Shown: positions 46,602 through 56,500, counted from the stretch's first letter. The stretch is 64,000 bases of DNA from Candidatus Methylomirabilales bacterium (GCA_046758505.1 JBHIAH010000003.1:28178-92177); one strand, 5' to 3'. A program made the numbers and translations. The notes: a model not told the origin generated them from the letters alone.

Positions 46602-48305
46602 CTACAACGGCCCGGAGCCCGTGACGAAGGCATCGTCATCCAGCCAGTCGGCCAGCGCGGAGGCCTGCCGGCGGACAGTTTCCTCGTACTCGTCATCCGT
46701 GGGAAAAAGGTCCGGATCGAAGGGGAGGAGAGACGGGTCGAGCACGGCGTAGGCGGGAAGGCGATTCGCATCGGCGAGGATCTGCTCGACGCACTCGAGG
46801 CGCCGCCGGATCTCTCCGGACACCCAGCTATGGTCGCTTGTGAGGTTTTCTGCTGCGATAGGCGGCGGTACAGAGAACGCGTCGGGGGGCAGCTCCAGCC
46901 GCATTCCTGTCTTCTCTTCGAAGTCGCGGCAGAACTCGGCCGCCACCGAGCGGCGGGCGCGGCTGAGCTCCTGTGCAGCGAGCATCGCGTGCTGCCTTCG
47001 TCCCTCCAAATTCTCGGGACTATCCATCAGCCGGCTCGCCTCGACTGCCACCGCCGCCTGCGATCGCAGCTCGTCGCCGGCTTCGCCGAGCGATGGCGAG
47101 GTTTTCAGCGACGCGGTGGGAAAGCGGGGGAGCAGACGGAAGCTCTCGCGGGCGATGAGGGCGCCCGCCGCGTCGAGGCCACGTTGGAGCCGTTTGCCGA
47201 GGGCGTCGCGTCGCTTGAAGCCTTCGATCGACAAAGCCTGCGCCGAAGCCAGATCGTCAGGCGAGCCCCAGGAGACGATCGAGAGCAGTGCCGCGACGCT
47301 GAAGAAGGAGCAACCGAGGTCGATGCGGTCCGGGAAGAGCGCTGATTCGCTCACTCCTGTGGCGGCCTCGAGCTGCTCGCCGGCCTGGGAGGGCAACGTC
47401 AGCTCCTCGGCGACTGGAAGTTGACTCATGTCGCTGAAACAAAGCTCCTCAAGCGGGGTCGGTATGGCCGCGCGGGCGGCGCCCGGGAGCCATTCGGGAG
47501 CGAAGGGGTTGCCATCGAAGTAGATCGGGCACGCTAGCGCCCCACGCTGCGCGTGCGGGCGCCGAACGGTCTGGTCCATCGAGGTCAGGTCGATAATACG
47601 GAGTCCTGGCGTCCGGCTCAGGGGAGCGTCTCGCTTGGCCTCTTCGATGCCTTTCTTAAACGCGTCCCGCAGGTCCCCGGCTAGCATCGCATCGACCCAC
47701 GCGTCGGCGGGGTCGGGCCGCCCGGGGTCGTCGATCTCAAGCAGCAACTCCGTTCGGCGTCGTGCCGGCCAGCGGAAAACTCGACCGGGCTCGCCTGAAG
47801 GACGGAAGGATCCGTCGACCCGCTCGTGAGTGGCGAAGAAGGCCGCTACGACGGCGTCGAAGCAGACATCGACATAGAGGGTGGGCAGCCCATAGTGCTG
47901 CGCGAGAGCGGCGGTCGCCTCGGCTTGAGTCGGCGCGAAGTGGAAAGGACCGGCGGCACCACCGATAGTGGCCGATGGGGAGGGGGCGAGGGGCTGTGGC
48001 AGGACGGGCATCTCGCTCCCGAAAAGCTGCGTTGCCGTGAAGCGACTGGTTCGCTCCATGAGGAGGCGGACGAGACTTGTGTCGAGGGAGTGAAGCCGGT
48101 TTCCGAAGAACTTCCGGTGCGTTGGCCGCAGGTAGCCAGGGAGCACGGTAGGGAACTTCGCCGCCTGGCCCCGGTAGATCCAGGCGTCGCATGGGCAGGG
48201 CTCGTCGGCCCAGGCCAGGAGCTCCTCCAACCATCCCGGGCGCTTCGTCGCGCCGCCTGCCGCATCGTCGTCAGCTCGGCGCAGGCTGCATCGGTTCATC
48301 GTCAT
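46602..48305 (-). CDS. FRG-domain protein with ~300-aa uncharacterised C-terminal region (island cargo gene 1)
   Basis: FRG-domain signatures are present: WIYRGQ...VLPGYLR, ALAQHYGLPTLYVDVCFD..VVAAFFAT and RRPHAQRGAL. The start is set at ATG 48305 (MTMNRCS...); the ORF-track start at 48410 and the ATG at 48299 are alternatives. Confidence 0.7.
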   Translation of the reverse strand: MTMNRCSLRRADDDAAGGATKRPGWLEELLAWADEPCPCDAWIYRGQAAKFPTVLPGYLRPTHRKFFGNRLHSLDTSLVRLLMERTSRFTATQLFGSEMPVLPQPLAPSPSATIGGAAGPFHFAPTQAEATAALAQHYGLPTLYVDVCFDAVVAAFFATHERVDGSFRPSGEPGRVFRWPARRRTELLLEIDDPGRPDPADAWVDAMLAGDLRDAFKKGIEEAKRDAPLSRTPGLRIIDLTSMDQTVRRPHAQRGALACPIYFDGNPFAPEWLPGAARAAIPTPLEELCFSDMSQLPVAEELTLPSQAGEQLEAATGVSESALFPDRIDLGCSFFSVAALLSIVSWGSPDDLASAQALSIEGFKRRDALGKRLQRGLDAAGALIARESFRLLPRFPTASLKTSPSLGEAGDELRSQAAVAVEASRLMDSPENLEGRRQHAMLAAQELSRARRSVAAEFCRDFEEKTGMRLELPPDAFSVPPPIAAENLTSDHSWVSGEIRRRLECVEQILADANRLPAYAVLDPSLLPFDPDLFPTDDEYEETVRRQASALADWLDDDAFVTGSGPL

Positions 48306-48366
48306 TCGCCTTGCCGAGGGAATGCGTGTGATAATGTGTGATAAGAATTCCCTTTTGCGTGAGAGC

Positions 48367-48395
48367 AATCTAACGAGACAGGTGCTTGGTGTCAA
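48367..48395 (-). promoter_or_regulatory. sigma70-like promoter candidate for the FRG-TPR operon
   Basis: The minus strand reads TTGACA (48395-48390), a 17-nt spacer, then TAGATT (48372-48367), about 60 nt upstream of the FRG start. A doubled word GTGTGATAA-T-GTGTGATAA (48327-48345) lies between the promoter and the start. Confidence 0.4.
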
Positions 48396-48636
48396 GGAAA
48401 ATGATACCAAAAGATACGGCGGTTAGGGGAAAAGTACCCCGAGACATGGAGGGTGGGTAGCAGGCGGGCGTTCGGAGGATTATAGGAGCCGTGAGTGGTT
48501 AGGAGCTGGGGTGTGTGGCACCGGACGGGCAAGTTTGACCCCCACCGGCTCATCGAGGCCTTGGAGGGCTTAGGAGTCATGAGGAGGAGTACGGCCAAGC
48601 CGGGGAAGGTAAAGCGTGGAGAAAGTAGGAAGGTTG

Positions 48637-48856
48637 CTACTGAGGACCTTGGCGAGCATGACTTTCTCTCACGGCAGGCATCTAACCGCACATGGCTGGT
48701 GACATACACTTACCCGATTCTGCCGTCCCTCGCAAGCGGAAACGGGAACCTGTGTAGAGTGCGTGTACTTAGAGGATAAAGGAGGAAAGGACTAAAGGGA
48801 GATGCCTTAAGTGATCCATTGGTTTGTGTTCGTTGGTTTGTGTCAGGCATGTATTT
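48637..48856. repeat. 220-bp perfect direct repeat, right copy (orphan comM 5' stub)
   Basis: Identical to 43987-44206. It carries an orphan ATG at 48659 whose reading frame runs into island DNA and stops after 29 codons ([29 protein letters not shown]). Confidence 0.95.
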
Positions 48857-49172
48857 TGGGTAATTTTTGCCTTGCGGCCATCGGCGTGGGGACCTGTCCA
48901 ACGCGTCGGGGTGGCCGATCCATATCCTAGAGGGTAGCCCGGGGGGCGTCAAATAGTCACTATCGCACGCTTGGCACCGAACTTGCTTTTTACCGAGCCT
49001 GTTCCCGCGGGGCCGGCGAACCAGTTGACTTTTACACGGCTCTCGGGTACCGTTTCCCCCGTTCGACAGGTCCTGAGAGGCACCGAGCACGGTGCTGTGA
49101 TCCCGGAGGTTCCATTTCCTTCTGACGACGACACCAGGCCACTCTCATTCAGGATAAAACAGGGAAGTGTCC

Positions 49173-49757
49173 ATGATTCACGTCGGGTCTCGGCTGTGCG
49201 TCGCGTCATACCGTGATCCTGTCTTATCTGCCGACGATATCCTTGTCCTGATTCGCCCCAGTACCGCGTTCGGCGATGGAAACCACGCGACCACGCAGAT
49301 GTGCCTGGAAATGCTCGAATGCGAGATAGGCGGGGGAGAACTCGTATTAGATCTCGGAACCGGATCCGGGGTGCTGGCCATCGCCGCGGCCAGGCTCGGG
49401 GCGCGGAAAGTCATCGCGGTTGATACCGCGCGGCATGCGTGCAAGGCCGCCTCCGTGAACATCCCCACAAACGATGTGGAACAAACGGTTCATGTATTGC
49501 ACGGGTCCGTAGAGGCACTACACCCCGACAAGATATTTGACGTGATCGTCACCAATCTCTACAACGCGGAGCAAGTCAGGGCGGTTTTGCCTGAAATAGC
49601 CCGGAGAGTCCGTGGGCGGGGCATGCTTATTTGTGGGGGAATCTGGATGCGTCGCGACGAAGAAATGATTCGCCTTCTCGCCGATGAACATTTCGCGGTC
49701 CGGACGCGGCGAACCATGGACGATTATGTCACGATTGCCGCGGTGAAAGAGGCCTAA
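49173..49757 (+). CDS. SAM-dependent methyltransferase, PrmA-like (short form)
   Basis: FGDGNHATTQMCLEML and VLDLGTGSGVLAIAAARLGA resemble the ribosomal protein L11 methyltransferase core, but the PrmA N-terminal domain is absent. ATG at 49173 (RBS CAGGGAAG); GTG at 49167 is an alternative. Confidence 0.65.
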   Translation: MIHVGSRLCVASYRDPVLSADDILVLIRPSTAFGDGNHATTQMCLEMLECEIGGGELVLDLGTGSGVLAIAAARLGARKVIAVDTARHACKAASVNIPTNDVEQTVHVLHGSVEALHPDKIFDVIVTNLYNAEQVRAVLPEIARRVRGRGMLICGGIWMRRDEEMIRLLADEHFAVRTRRTMDDYVTIAAVKEA

Positions 49758-49795
49758 ACGCACGATGAGTGAGAAGGACCGGGCGGACAGAGCGG

Positions 49796-50446
49796 TTATC
49801 TGATCGACACGATGTAGTTGAGTTGGGCCGAGTCGACGTCGACGAGGGCTTTCAGTCGCTCGACCAAGATCGGGGTGAGCGCCTTCAGATCAATGTGCAG
49901 CAACACGCCCGCTTCCCCTGTCACCTCTCCCGTGAGGGGGAGGCCGAGGTCTCTTTCCAGCCCGCGCACCAGTCGGGCAAAGCGCACGTCGCCGGGATCC
50001 GCGCGCCCTTGCGCAGCCGCTTCGGACTCCGGGCTGCCCGGCACATACGTAATAACAAGCGGTTTCGGCAACGAGACGCCCACAGGGGCTTTGGGTCTGT
50101 CCGGGTTCACGCGGACCCTCGCCACGTTATCCCGCGTGCGGAGTCGCCTCGCGAGTCTGGCGGTCAGCTTTTCACCATCGACGGACAACAGAACCCAGTT
50201 GCCCCCCGTTACCTGCTTCGCCTTCATGGGGATACCGGTCTTCCCCGCCACCCGGGTGACCACCGGGGCCAAGGCCCCGAGATCCGGTGGATAGACCTGG
50301 CTGGCTCGGGCGACCGCTGCACTCCCCTCCGTTCCGGGGGCAAACTTGATGAGCGCCTCTCCCGGGACAAAGCGGGGGGATGGTACCGGTGCAGCACCGA
50401 GGAGGAGGGTTGAAAGAGCGAGACCGACGATTGCAGACACAATCAC
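49796..50446 (-). CDS. secreted protein bracketed by subtilase-propeptide-like motifs
   Basis: 216 aa with a hydrophobic N-terminus. It opens with FVPGEALIKFAPG and ends with VDVDSAQLNYIVSIR. These mirror the propeptide of the divergent subtilase (FVPGEVIVKMKPT ... PDVAYAQANYILHIA). Confidence 0.5.
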   Translation of the reverse strand: MIVSAIVGLALSTLLLGAAPVPSPRFVPGEALIKFAPGTEGSAAVARASQVYPPDLGALAPVVTRVAGKTGIPMKAKQVTGGNWVLLSVDGEKLTARLARRLRTRDNVARVRVNPDRPKAPVGVSLPKPLVITYVPGSPESEAAAQGRADPGDVRFARLVRGLERDLGLPLTGEVTGEAGVLLHIDLKALTPILVERLKALVDVDSAQLNYIVSIR

Positions 50447-50518
50447 ATCCTCATGGGTTGCGGGATCTGCACGTTCCCTGGATACCTAACAGTATACGAA
50501 GACTGGGGGGAGGAAACA

Positions 50519-52318
50519 ATGAAGACCTCTGCACTCGTAGTTCTGGGGGCCTTTGGAAGCCTGGTGCTCGGCCAGCTGCCTGTACAGGCACAGCCGCGCA
50601 CGCCCGAAGAGGTCCAACGGCTGTTCGAGTTCACGCGCCCCGCCGAGGCGCAGTTCGTTCCCGGGGAAGTGATCGTGAAGATGAAGCCGACCCGGCGCCT
50701 CAAGAGAAGCGAGGTTTCGCAATTAAAGCTCCAGGCGGTCAGGACGACGTCCGGCGGCGAGATGATCTATCGCATTCCGCCGTCGATCACCAGAACGCTC
50801 TCACCAACCGAGGCGCGCGATCGGACGTTGGCCGTCATCCGTTCGCTCAGCGCGCGACCCGACGTCGCATACGCACAGGCGAACTACATCCTCCACATTG
50901 CCGACAGAACTCCGAACGATCCCCGCTTCCCCGAGCAGTGGCACTACTTCAACAATGGGACCGGTCCCGGGGCGTCCCCGGGAGGGATCAGCCTGCCGAG
51001 GGCCTGGGACACAAGCATCGGAAGCAGTAGCGTCGTCGTCGCAGTCATCGACACCGGCATTCTGCCAAACCACCAGGATATCGCCGGCTCGCCGAACCCG
51101 ATCGCCGGCTTCGACATGATTAGCGATGCGACCATCGCAAACGATGGAAACGGTCGCGACACCGATCCCACGGACCCCGGCGACGCCGTCGCCGCCAACG
51201 AGTGCTTTCCGGGGAGCCCCGCCCTCCCGGATAGCTGGCACGGCACCCATGTGGCCGGGACCGTCGGCGTCGGCAGGACCAACAACGGCGTCGGGGTCGC
51301 CGGCATCAACTGGAACGTGAGGGTCCAGCCGGTGCGCGTGCTGGGCAAGTGCGGGGGGACCATCGCGGACATCAACGACGGCATCCGCTGGGCTGCGGGC
51401 CTCCCCGTGCCCGGCGTGCCGACCAACACGACCCCGGCCCGGGTGATCAACATGAGTCTCGGAGGGACGGGGGCCTGCTCGTTGTCCCCCTCCACACAGG
51501 CGGCGATCAATGACGCGGTGGGGTCGGGGACCGCGGTGGTCGTGGCCGCGGGGAACGAGGCCTCGGACGCGTCAGGTTTTCTCCCCGCAAGCTGCAATAA
51601 CGTGATCACCGTGGCGGCAAGCGACTACCGCGGCCACCTGGTGACCCGCTACTCGAACTTTGGATCCACCGTCGAGATCATGGCGCCCGGCGGTGACGTC
51701 CAGCGAGACGACAATGGGGACGGCAATCCCGACGGGGTCCTCAGCATGGTCCAGGGCGGCTTCGCGTATTACAACGGCACGTCGATGGCGACCCCACACG
51801 TGGCGGGTGTGGCCGCCCTCTGGCTCGCCCAGGACCCCGGGCTGACGCCGGCACAGCTCCTCGCCGCGCTCCAGGGCAACGCGCTGCCCAGGACGGCGAG
51901 CCAATGCCCCCAGCCCTGTGGCGCGGGCCTGCTGAGCGCGCTGCGAGGCCAGTTGCTGGTGAGCCTGGTACTCGATCCCGATAAGACCCTCGATCAGGGC
52001 GAAACGACCACCGCCCGAGCCACGGTTACCATGGCCGGGGCCCCGCAGCCGGGCAAAACGGTGATGTTCAGCACAGCAGACCCCAGCGTTGCCTCCGTCT
52101 CGCCGGCATCCGCCGTGACCGACCCGACCGGTCAGACCCAGGCCACCGTGCGGGGCGAATCAAATGGGGAGACAACGGTGACCGCCGTGGTCAATGGTGC
52201 CAGCGCGTCGACCCCCGTGAAGGTCCCCGACGTGTCTGTGATCGGGGTCATCATCCTCGCACTCGGCGTGGGACTCGCTGCGCTTTTGCGAAAGCGACGC
52301 GCGTCCGCACGACGATAA
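50519..52318 (+). CDS. subtilisin-family (S8) serine protease with Ig-like domain and exosortase-type C-terminal sorting signal
   Basis: The start is set at MKTSALVVLGAFG (RBS GGGGGGAGGAAAC). The catalytic triad contexts are VAVIDTGI, HGTHVAGTVG and GTSMATPHVAG. A Big-like domain precedes the tail VPDVSVIGVIILALGVGLAALLRKRRASARR (motif, TM helix, basic cluster). Confidence 0.85.
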   Translation: MKTSALVVLGAFGSLVLGQLPVQAQPRTPEEVQRLFEFTRPAEAQFVPGEVIVKMKPTRRLKRSEVSQLKLQAVRTTSGGEMIYRIPPSITRTLSPTEARDRTLAVIRSLSARPDVAYAQANYILHIADRTPNDPRFPEQWHYFNNGTGPGASPGGISLPRAWDTSIGSSSVVVAVIDTGILPNHQDIAGSPNPIAGFDMISDATIANDGNGRDTDPTDPGDAVAANECFPGSPALPDSWHGTHVAGTVGVGRTNNGVGVAGINWNVRVQPVRVLGKCGGTIADINDGIRWAAGLPVPGVPTNTTPARVINMSLGGTGACSLSPSTQAAINDAVGSGTAVVVAAGNEASDASGFLPASCNNVITVAASDYRGHLVTRYSNFGSTVEIMAPGGDVQRDDNGDGNPDGVLSMVQGGFAYYNGTSMATPHVAGVAALWLAQDPGLTPAQLLAALQGNALPRTASQCPQPCGAGLLSALRGQLLVSLVLDPDKTLDQGETTTARATVTMAGAPQPGKTVMFSTADPSVASVSPASAVTDPTGQTQATVRGESNGETTVTAVVNGASASTPVKVPDVSVIGVIILALGVGLAALLRKRRASARR

Positions 52319-52333
52319 TTCCCGGAGGCTTCA

Positions 52334-52945
52334 ATGTCCGTGGGTCGACAACTGAATCTTCGCTTCGCGGCGGTGATGGTCGGATTCGTGGGCGTCGTGC
52401 TGCTCACCTACCGCGAGGACATCCTCGGGCCGATCCTTGCGCCCCTAACAACGTGGACGGCGCAGGCCACGCTCGTGTTGCTTCACTGGGCAGGCATGGA
52501 GGCCGCCCGGGCGGGGACGCTCATCGCCCATCCGGACGGCTTCGTCTACGAGATTTACTACCGCTGCACGGGGTTCCTCCCGGTGGCGTTTCTGACCACG
52601 TCGATCCTGGCTTACCCTGGGCCGTTACGACGCAAGTTCGTCGGGCTTGCCGTGGGAGTGCCACTCCTGATCGCGCTCAATCTGGCCCGGCTGGTCCACC
52701 TGTTTTACATTGGCGTGCATCACCGGGCCGCATTCGATCAGGCGCACGCCATCGTGTGGGAAGGGATCCTCATCCTCACGATCATCGGGCTCTGGCTGGG
52801 ATGGATCCGATGGTCCGACGCCCGGGCTACGCGTAGCAGGAGGCCTAATCACTGGGGCGAGCGTCGACCCCAGCGGCCGCTGGGGGGAGCGGACCCCACT
52901 CCTTCTCATGGTTCAGAGAGGAGGTCCGCTCTGCTCACCCGATAA
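52334..52945 (+). CDS. small exosortase/archaeosortase-family transpeptidase
   Basis: 203-aa polytopic protein with candidate catalytic Cys (YYRCTGFLP), Arg (ALNLARLVH) and His (FDQAHAIVWEG) in the order expected for the exosortase family. It starts 16 nt after the protease stop. RBS CCGGAGG. Confidence 0.6.
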   Translation: MSVGRQLNLRFAAVMVGFVGVVLLTYREDILGPILAPLTTWTAQATLVLLHWAGMEAARAGTLIAHPDGFVYEIYYRCTGFLPVAFLTTSILAYPGPLRRKFVGLAVGVPLLIALNLARLVHLFYIGVHHRAAFDQAHAIVWEGILILTIIGLWLGWIRWSDARATRSRRPNHWGERRPQRPLGGADPTPSHGSERRSALLTR

Positions 52946-53022
52946 GACAGACGCTTCACAAAGACAAGGGCCACCTGGATGGTGACCCTTTTCGTCGGGG
53001 AGAAAACAAACCGCAGTCGGAG

Positions 53023-53277
53023 TTACTTTTTGGCCCGAGCACGACGGCGTCGGGCACTTGTTTTTCGGCGGGGCTGGCGCGTGCCCGTGGCACGTCGGGC
53101 CCGACGGCGCCGACGCCTTGCCGGGGCTGCAGCCTTTGCCGGAACCACTGTATAGCCGATTTTGCGCAGCGCCTTGTTGAGGGTACTGACAAGCCTCTTC
53201 TCGACCCGCTCCACTCTCTTTCGCTCGCCAAGAACGACCCCAACACTCTTGACTAGATTCTCAAGTCTTTTTGCCAC
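53023..53277 (-). CDS. small basic protein with Arg-rich tail (hypothetical)
   Basis: 84 aa: a helical N-terminal half followed by the tail PARRRRRRARRATGTRQPRRKTSARRRRARAKK. No competing ORF; function unknown. Confidence 0.4.
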   Translation of the reverse strand: MAKRLENLVKSVGVVLGERKRVERVEKRLVSTLNKALRKIGYTVVPAKAAAPARRRRRRARRATGTRQPRRKTSARRRRARAKK

Positions 53278-53398
53278 GTCTGCCTCCTCTCAGTGATCTC
53301 GGAAAGCAAAAAAGACGCTACCTAAAAATTCTCTCCGTTTTACCCGACGCATGTCAAGGAAAATCCCCGAATTCGCAAACACATACCGGTTGCATAGC

Positions 53399-53450
53399 AT
53401 TTCGAATTGGGGATTTCGGATTTGGGAGGCGAGGGCTTTTAATTCGAAAG
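53399..53450 (-). repeat. mosaic intergenic repeat, module C element, copy 3 (inverted relative to copies 1-2)
   Basis: ATTTCGAATTGGGGATTTCGGATTTGGGAGG...TTTTAATTCGAAAG aligns with the reverse complement of 37816-37880. Module B (CGGTCGTCGGTCATCGGTCGTCGG, 53501-53525) and a GCTGACAGC word follow. Confidence 0.7.
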
Positions 53451-53551
53451 GGTAAGGTCGCCTTCCAGACACCTCATTGCCGACCGCTGATTGTTCTTTT
53501 CGGTCGTCGGTCATCGGTCGTCGGGCCGTTGCGGACGGCTGACAGCTTGAA

Positions 53552-56500
53552 CTACGGCCGTTCCTCCGCCTCGCGTCCGACCGGCGGGATGACGTGGCGG
53601 CCGGCGACCTCCTCGGTCACGCGCCCCCCGAGCCGCGCCCTCAGGACGGCCTTGGCGTCCACCCAGAGGGAAAAGAGGGTGGGGATGAGGATCAGGGTGA
53701 AAACGCTCGCGACCACCAACCCCCCGAGCACCGCCGCCCCCAAGCCGCGGTACAGTTCTGACCCCGACCCCCGCGCAAAAACGAGGGGGAGCATGCCGAA
53801 GACGGTGGTGGCCGTCGTCATGAAGATCGGACGGATCCGTGTCCGGACGCTTTCCAAAATCGCCTCCTGCGGATGCCATCCCTCCCGCATGTGGTTCAGG
53901 GCTTGGTGCACGATGAGAATAGCGTTGTTGACGACAATCCCAGCCAGGATCACAAATCCCAGCATGGTGATCACATCCATCTTGATGGCCGGCTCCAGGG
54001 CATTGGCGAGTCTGACCGCGAGCACGCCCCCCGTCGCGGCCAACGGGACGGTGAACATGATGATCAGGGGATAGCTCCAGGACTCGAAGAGGGAGCACAT
54101 CAGAAGGTAGATGACCACAAGGGCCAGCAGGAAGGACCACTTGATGGAGTTCCAGGCGACACTGAGGTCCCGGGCCTGACCGGCCACGTCGATGGTCGTC
54201 CCCAGAGGGAGCGCCCTGCGCACCGGGTTCACAACCTGCTCCACCAATTGGATCGCCTTCTCCAGCGGAACCGCACCCTTTACGTTGACGGTAAGCTTGA
54301 TGGCCCGATCGCGGTCGATATGGTCCACCTTGGTGGGACCCGTGTCGAACCGGACGGCCGCGACATCCGAGAGCTTCACCAGCCGTCCGGCCGGTGTGAA
54401 GAAGACGATCTGGTCCAGGTCCTGCGTCCGCCGGATATCCTGCAGCGCGCCCTTGAGGACGAGGTCCAGGTCCTTCCCCCGCTCCCGAAACTCGCCGGCT
54501 TGGGTCCCATGCACCATCGTCTCCACGACGTACCCCACCTCCCGGGCGCTCAGGCCGAGCTGGGATGCCTTGGCGCGATCCACGCGGATCTGGAGCTCCG
54601 GGTTCCCGGCCTCGAAGCTCGTATTGACGAAGTTGATCTGCGGGAGCCGGCGGAGGTCCCCCTGAAGCCGTTCGCTGATGGTCCGGATTTGCTTCAGGCT
54701 GTCTCCCTTGACCTCGACCTCGAGGTTGGTGCCGCCGATGAAGGCCCCCCGCCGCCGGAAGAGGGGGGACTGGGTGATGAAGACCCCTTCCGTCCCCGGG
54801 ACGCCCTTCGCCCGCCGCCGCATCTCGGTGATCACCCGGCGCATCCCGGGCAGGGTATGATACGCCGGCTTGACGATCGCGCCCATGATGGTGTTTTCCA
54901 CCCGGGCCACTGCGAACATGCGGTGGATCTCGGGCAGGGCGAAGCGACGCTCGAACTCCTTCAGGATCGCCTCTCGCTGACCGATATTGAGGCCCGGGGT
55001 GGTTCGAATGAGGACAAAGATCAGATTCCGATTCCCCTGGGGAAGGTAGTCGATGGGGGGCATGAAGAGATAGCTGAGCGACACCGCGGCACAGACGATG
55101 GTGAGGGCCACAACAATTCGCCGCCGGACACCGCGCCGGAGCCAATCCAGGGCCCCCACGGTGGACCGGACGACGGTCGCTCCGAACCGCTCCAGGCCGA
55201 GCATATCGAAGAATCCCCAGAGGGACCGACGGGAGGTGGGGTTGTGCGCCCGCCGGTTCACCGTGAGGAGCCGGGAACTGAGCATCGGGACCACGGTCAG
55301 GGACACGATGAGCGACAACGCCACCGCGGTGGAAATGGCGATGGCGATGTCGCGAAAGAGCTGTCCGGCCTCTTCCTTGACGAAGATGATCGGGACGAAC
55401 ACGAAGATGGTCGTCAAGGTGGAGGCCAACACCGCCCCCCAGACCTCGAGGGCGGCATCATAGGCGGCCTGGACCTTCCCCTTCCCCATCTGGCGGTGGC
55501 GATAGATGTTCTCGAGGATGACGATGGAGTTGTCCACCACCATCCCGGCGGCAAACGCCAGCCCAGCCAGCATGACGATATTCAAGGTCCGGCCCAGGGC
55601 GTCCAAGACCACAAACGTCGCCACCAGGGAGATGGGAATCGCGAAGGCAATGATAAAGATACTCGAGGGACTCCGGAGAAAGAGCAGCAGGACCGCCACC
55701 GCCAGAAAGGCCCCGTAGAAGAGATTCGAGGTCACGAGACCCACCGACTCATAAATGTAATCGGTCTGGTCGTACACCTGGACGAGCTCGATGTCTTTCC
55801 CCCGGTAGAGATCGTTGAGGTACGCAAGCTCTTTCTTGATCCCCTCCATCACTTCGAGGGTGTTGGTCCCGGTCCGGCGGAGCACGCCGAAGCCGATGGT
55901 CGGCTTGCCCCAGACCCGGACCACCCGCTCCTTGTCCTCATAGCCGAACCGGACCCGGGCGATATCTCGGAGATAGACGATTCCCCGGGCATCCTGCCGG
56001 ATGATTACGTTCGGGATCTGCCGGATATCGGTAAATTGCCCGAGGGTTCGGACCACGTACCGCCGCTTGCCCTCATCGATCTTTCCGGCCTTGACGTTCC
56101 GGTTTTCGCCGAGCAGGGCATCCCGAACCTGAGCCACCGAAATCTGCCGGGCGCCCATGGCCTCGGGGTCCAGAATCACGTGAACCTCCCGGTCCTCCCC
56201 GCCAAACATCCAGACCGTTGCGACCCCCGGAACCCGTTCCAGCCGCGGTTCGATGACATCGTCCGCCTCCTCCCACACCTCGTTGATGGGTCGCGTCGTC
56301 TTGACGATGACCCAGGCGATGGGGGTTTCCTCGTCCGTATTGACCGCCCGGATCACGGACTCGTCCGCATCCGGCGGGAGGTCCTTGACGATCCCGAGCT
56401 TTTCCGAGACGTCGAGGCGGGCCACATCCTTGTTGACCCCCCAGTCGAACTTGAGAATAATCCGACTGTCACCCTCGAAGGAGGTAGAGGTCATTTCGGT

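Larger units (their letters stand above)
44207..48636. mobile_element. 4430-bp inserted segment between the 220-bp direct repeats (Y1 transposase + TPR + FRG genes)
   Basis: Bounded by the perfect direct repeat that duplicates the comM 5' region. It contains a RAYT/IS200-like transposase with REP-like flanks plus a two-gene cargo operon with its own promoter-like sequence. No integrase was seen. Confidence 0.7.

Noticed and set aside
44207-48636. Interpretation of the comM insertion as a prophage, ICE or Tn7-like element.
   Set aside because: No integrase, tnsABCD, conjugation, capsid or terminase genes are present and only three genes lie in 4.4 kb. I keep it as an unclassified island.
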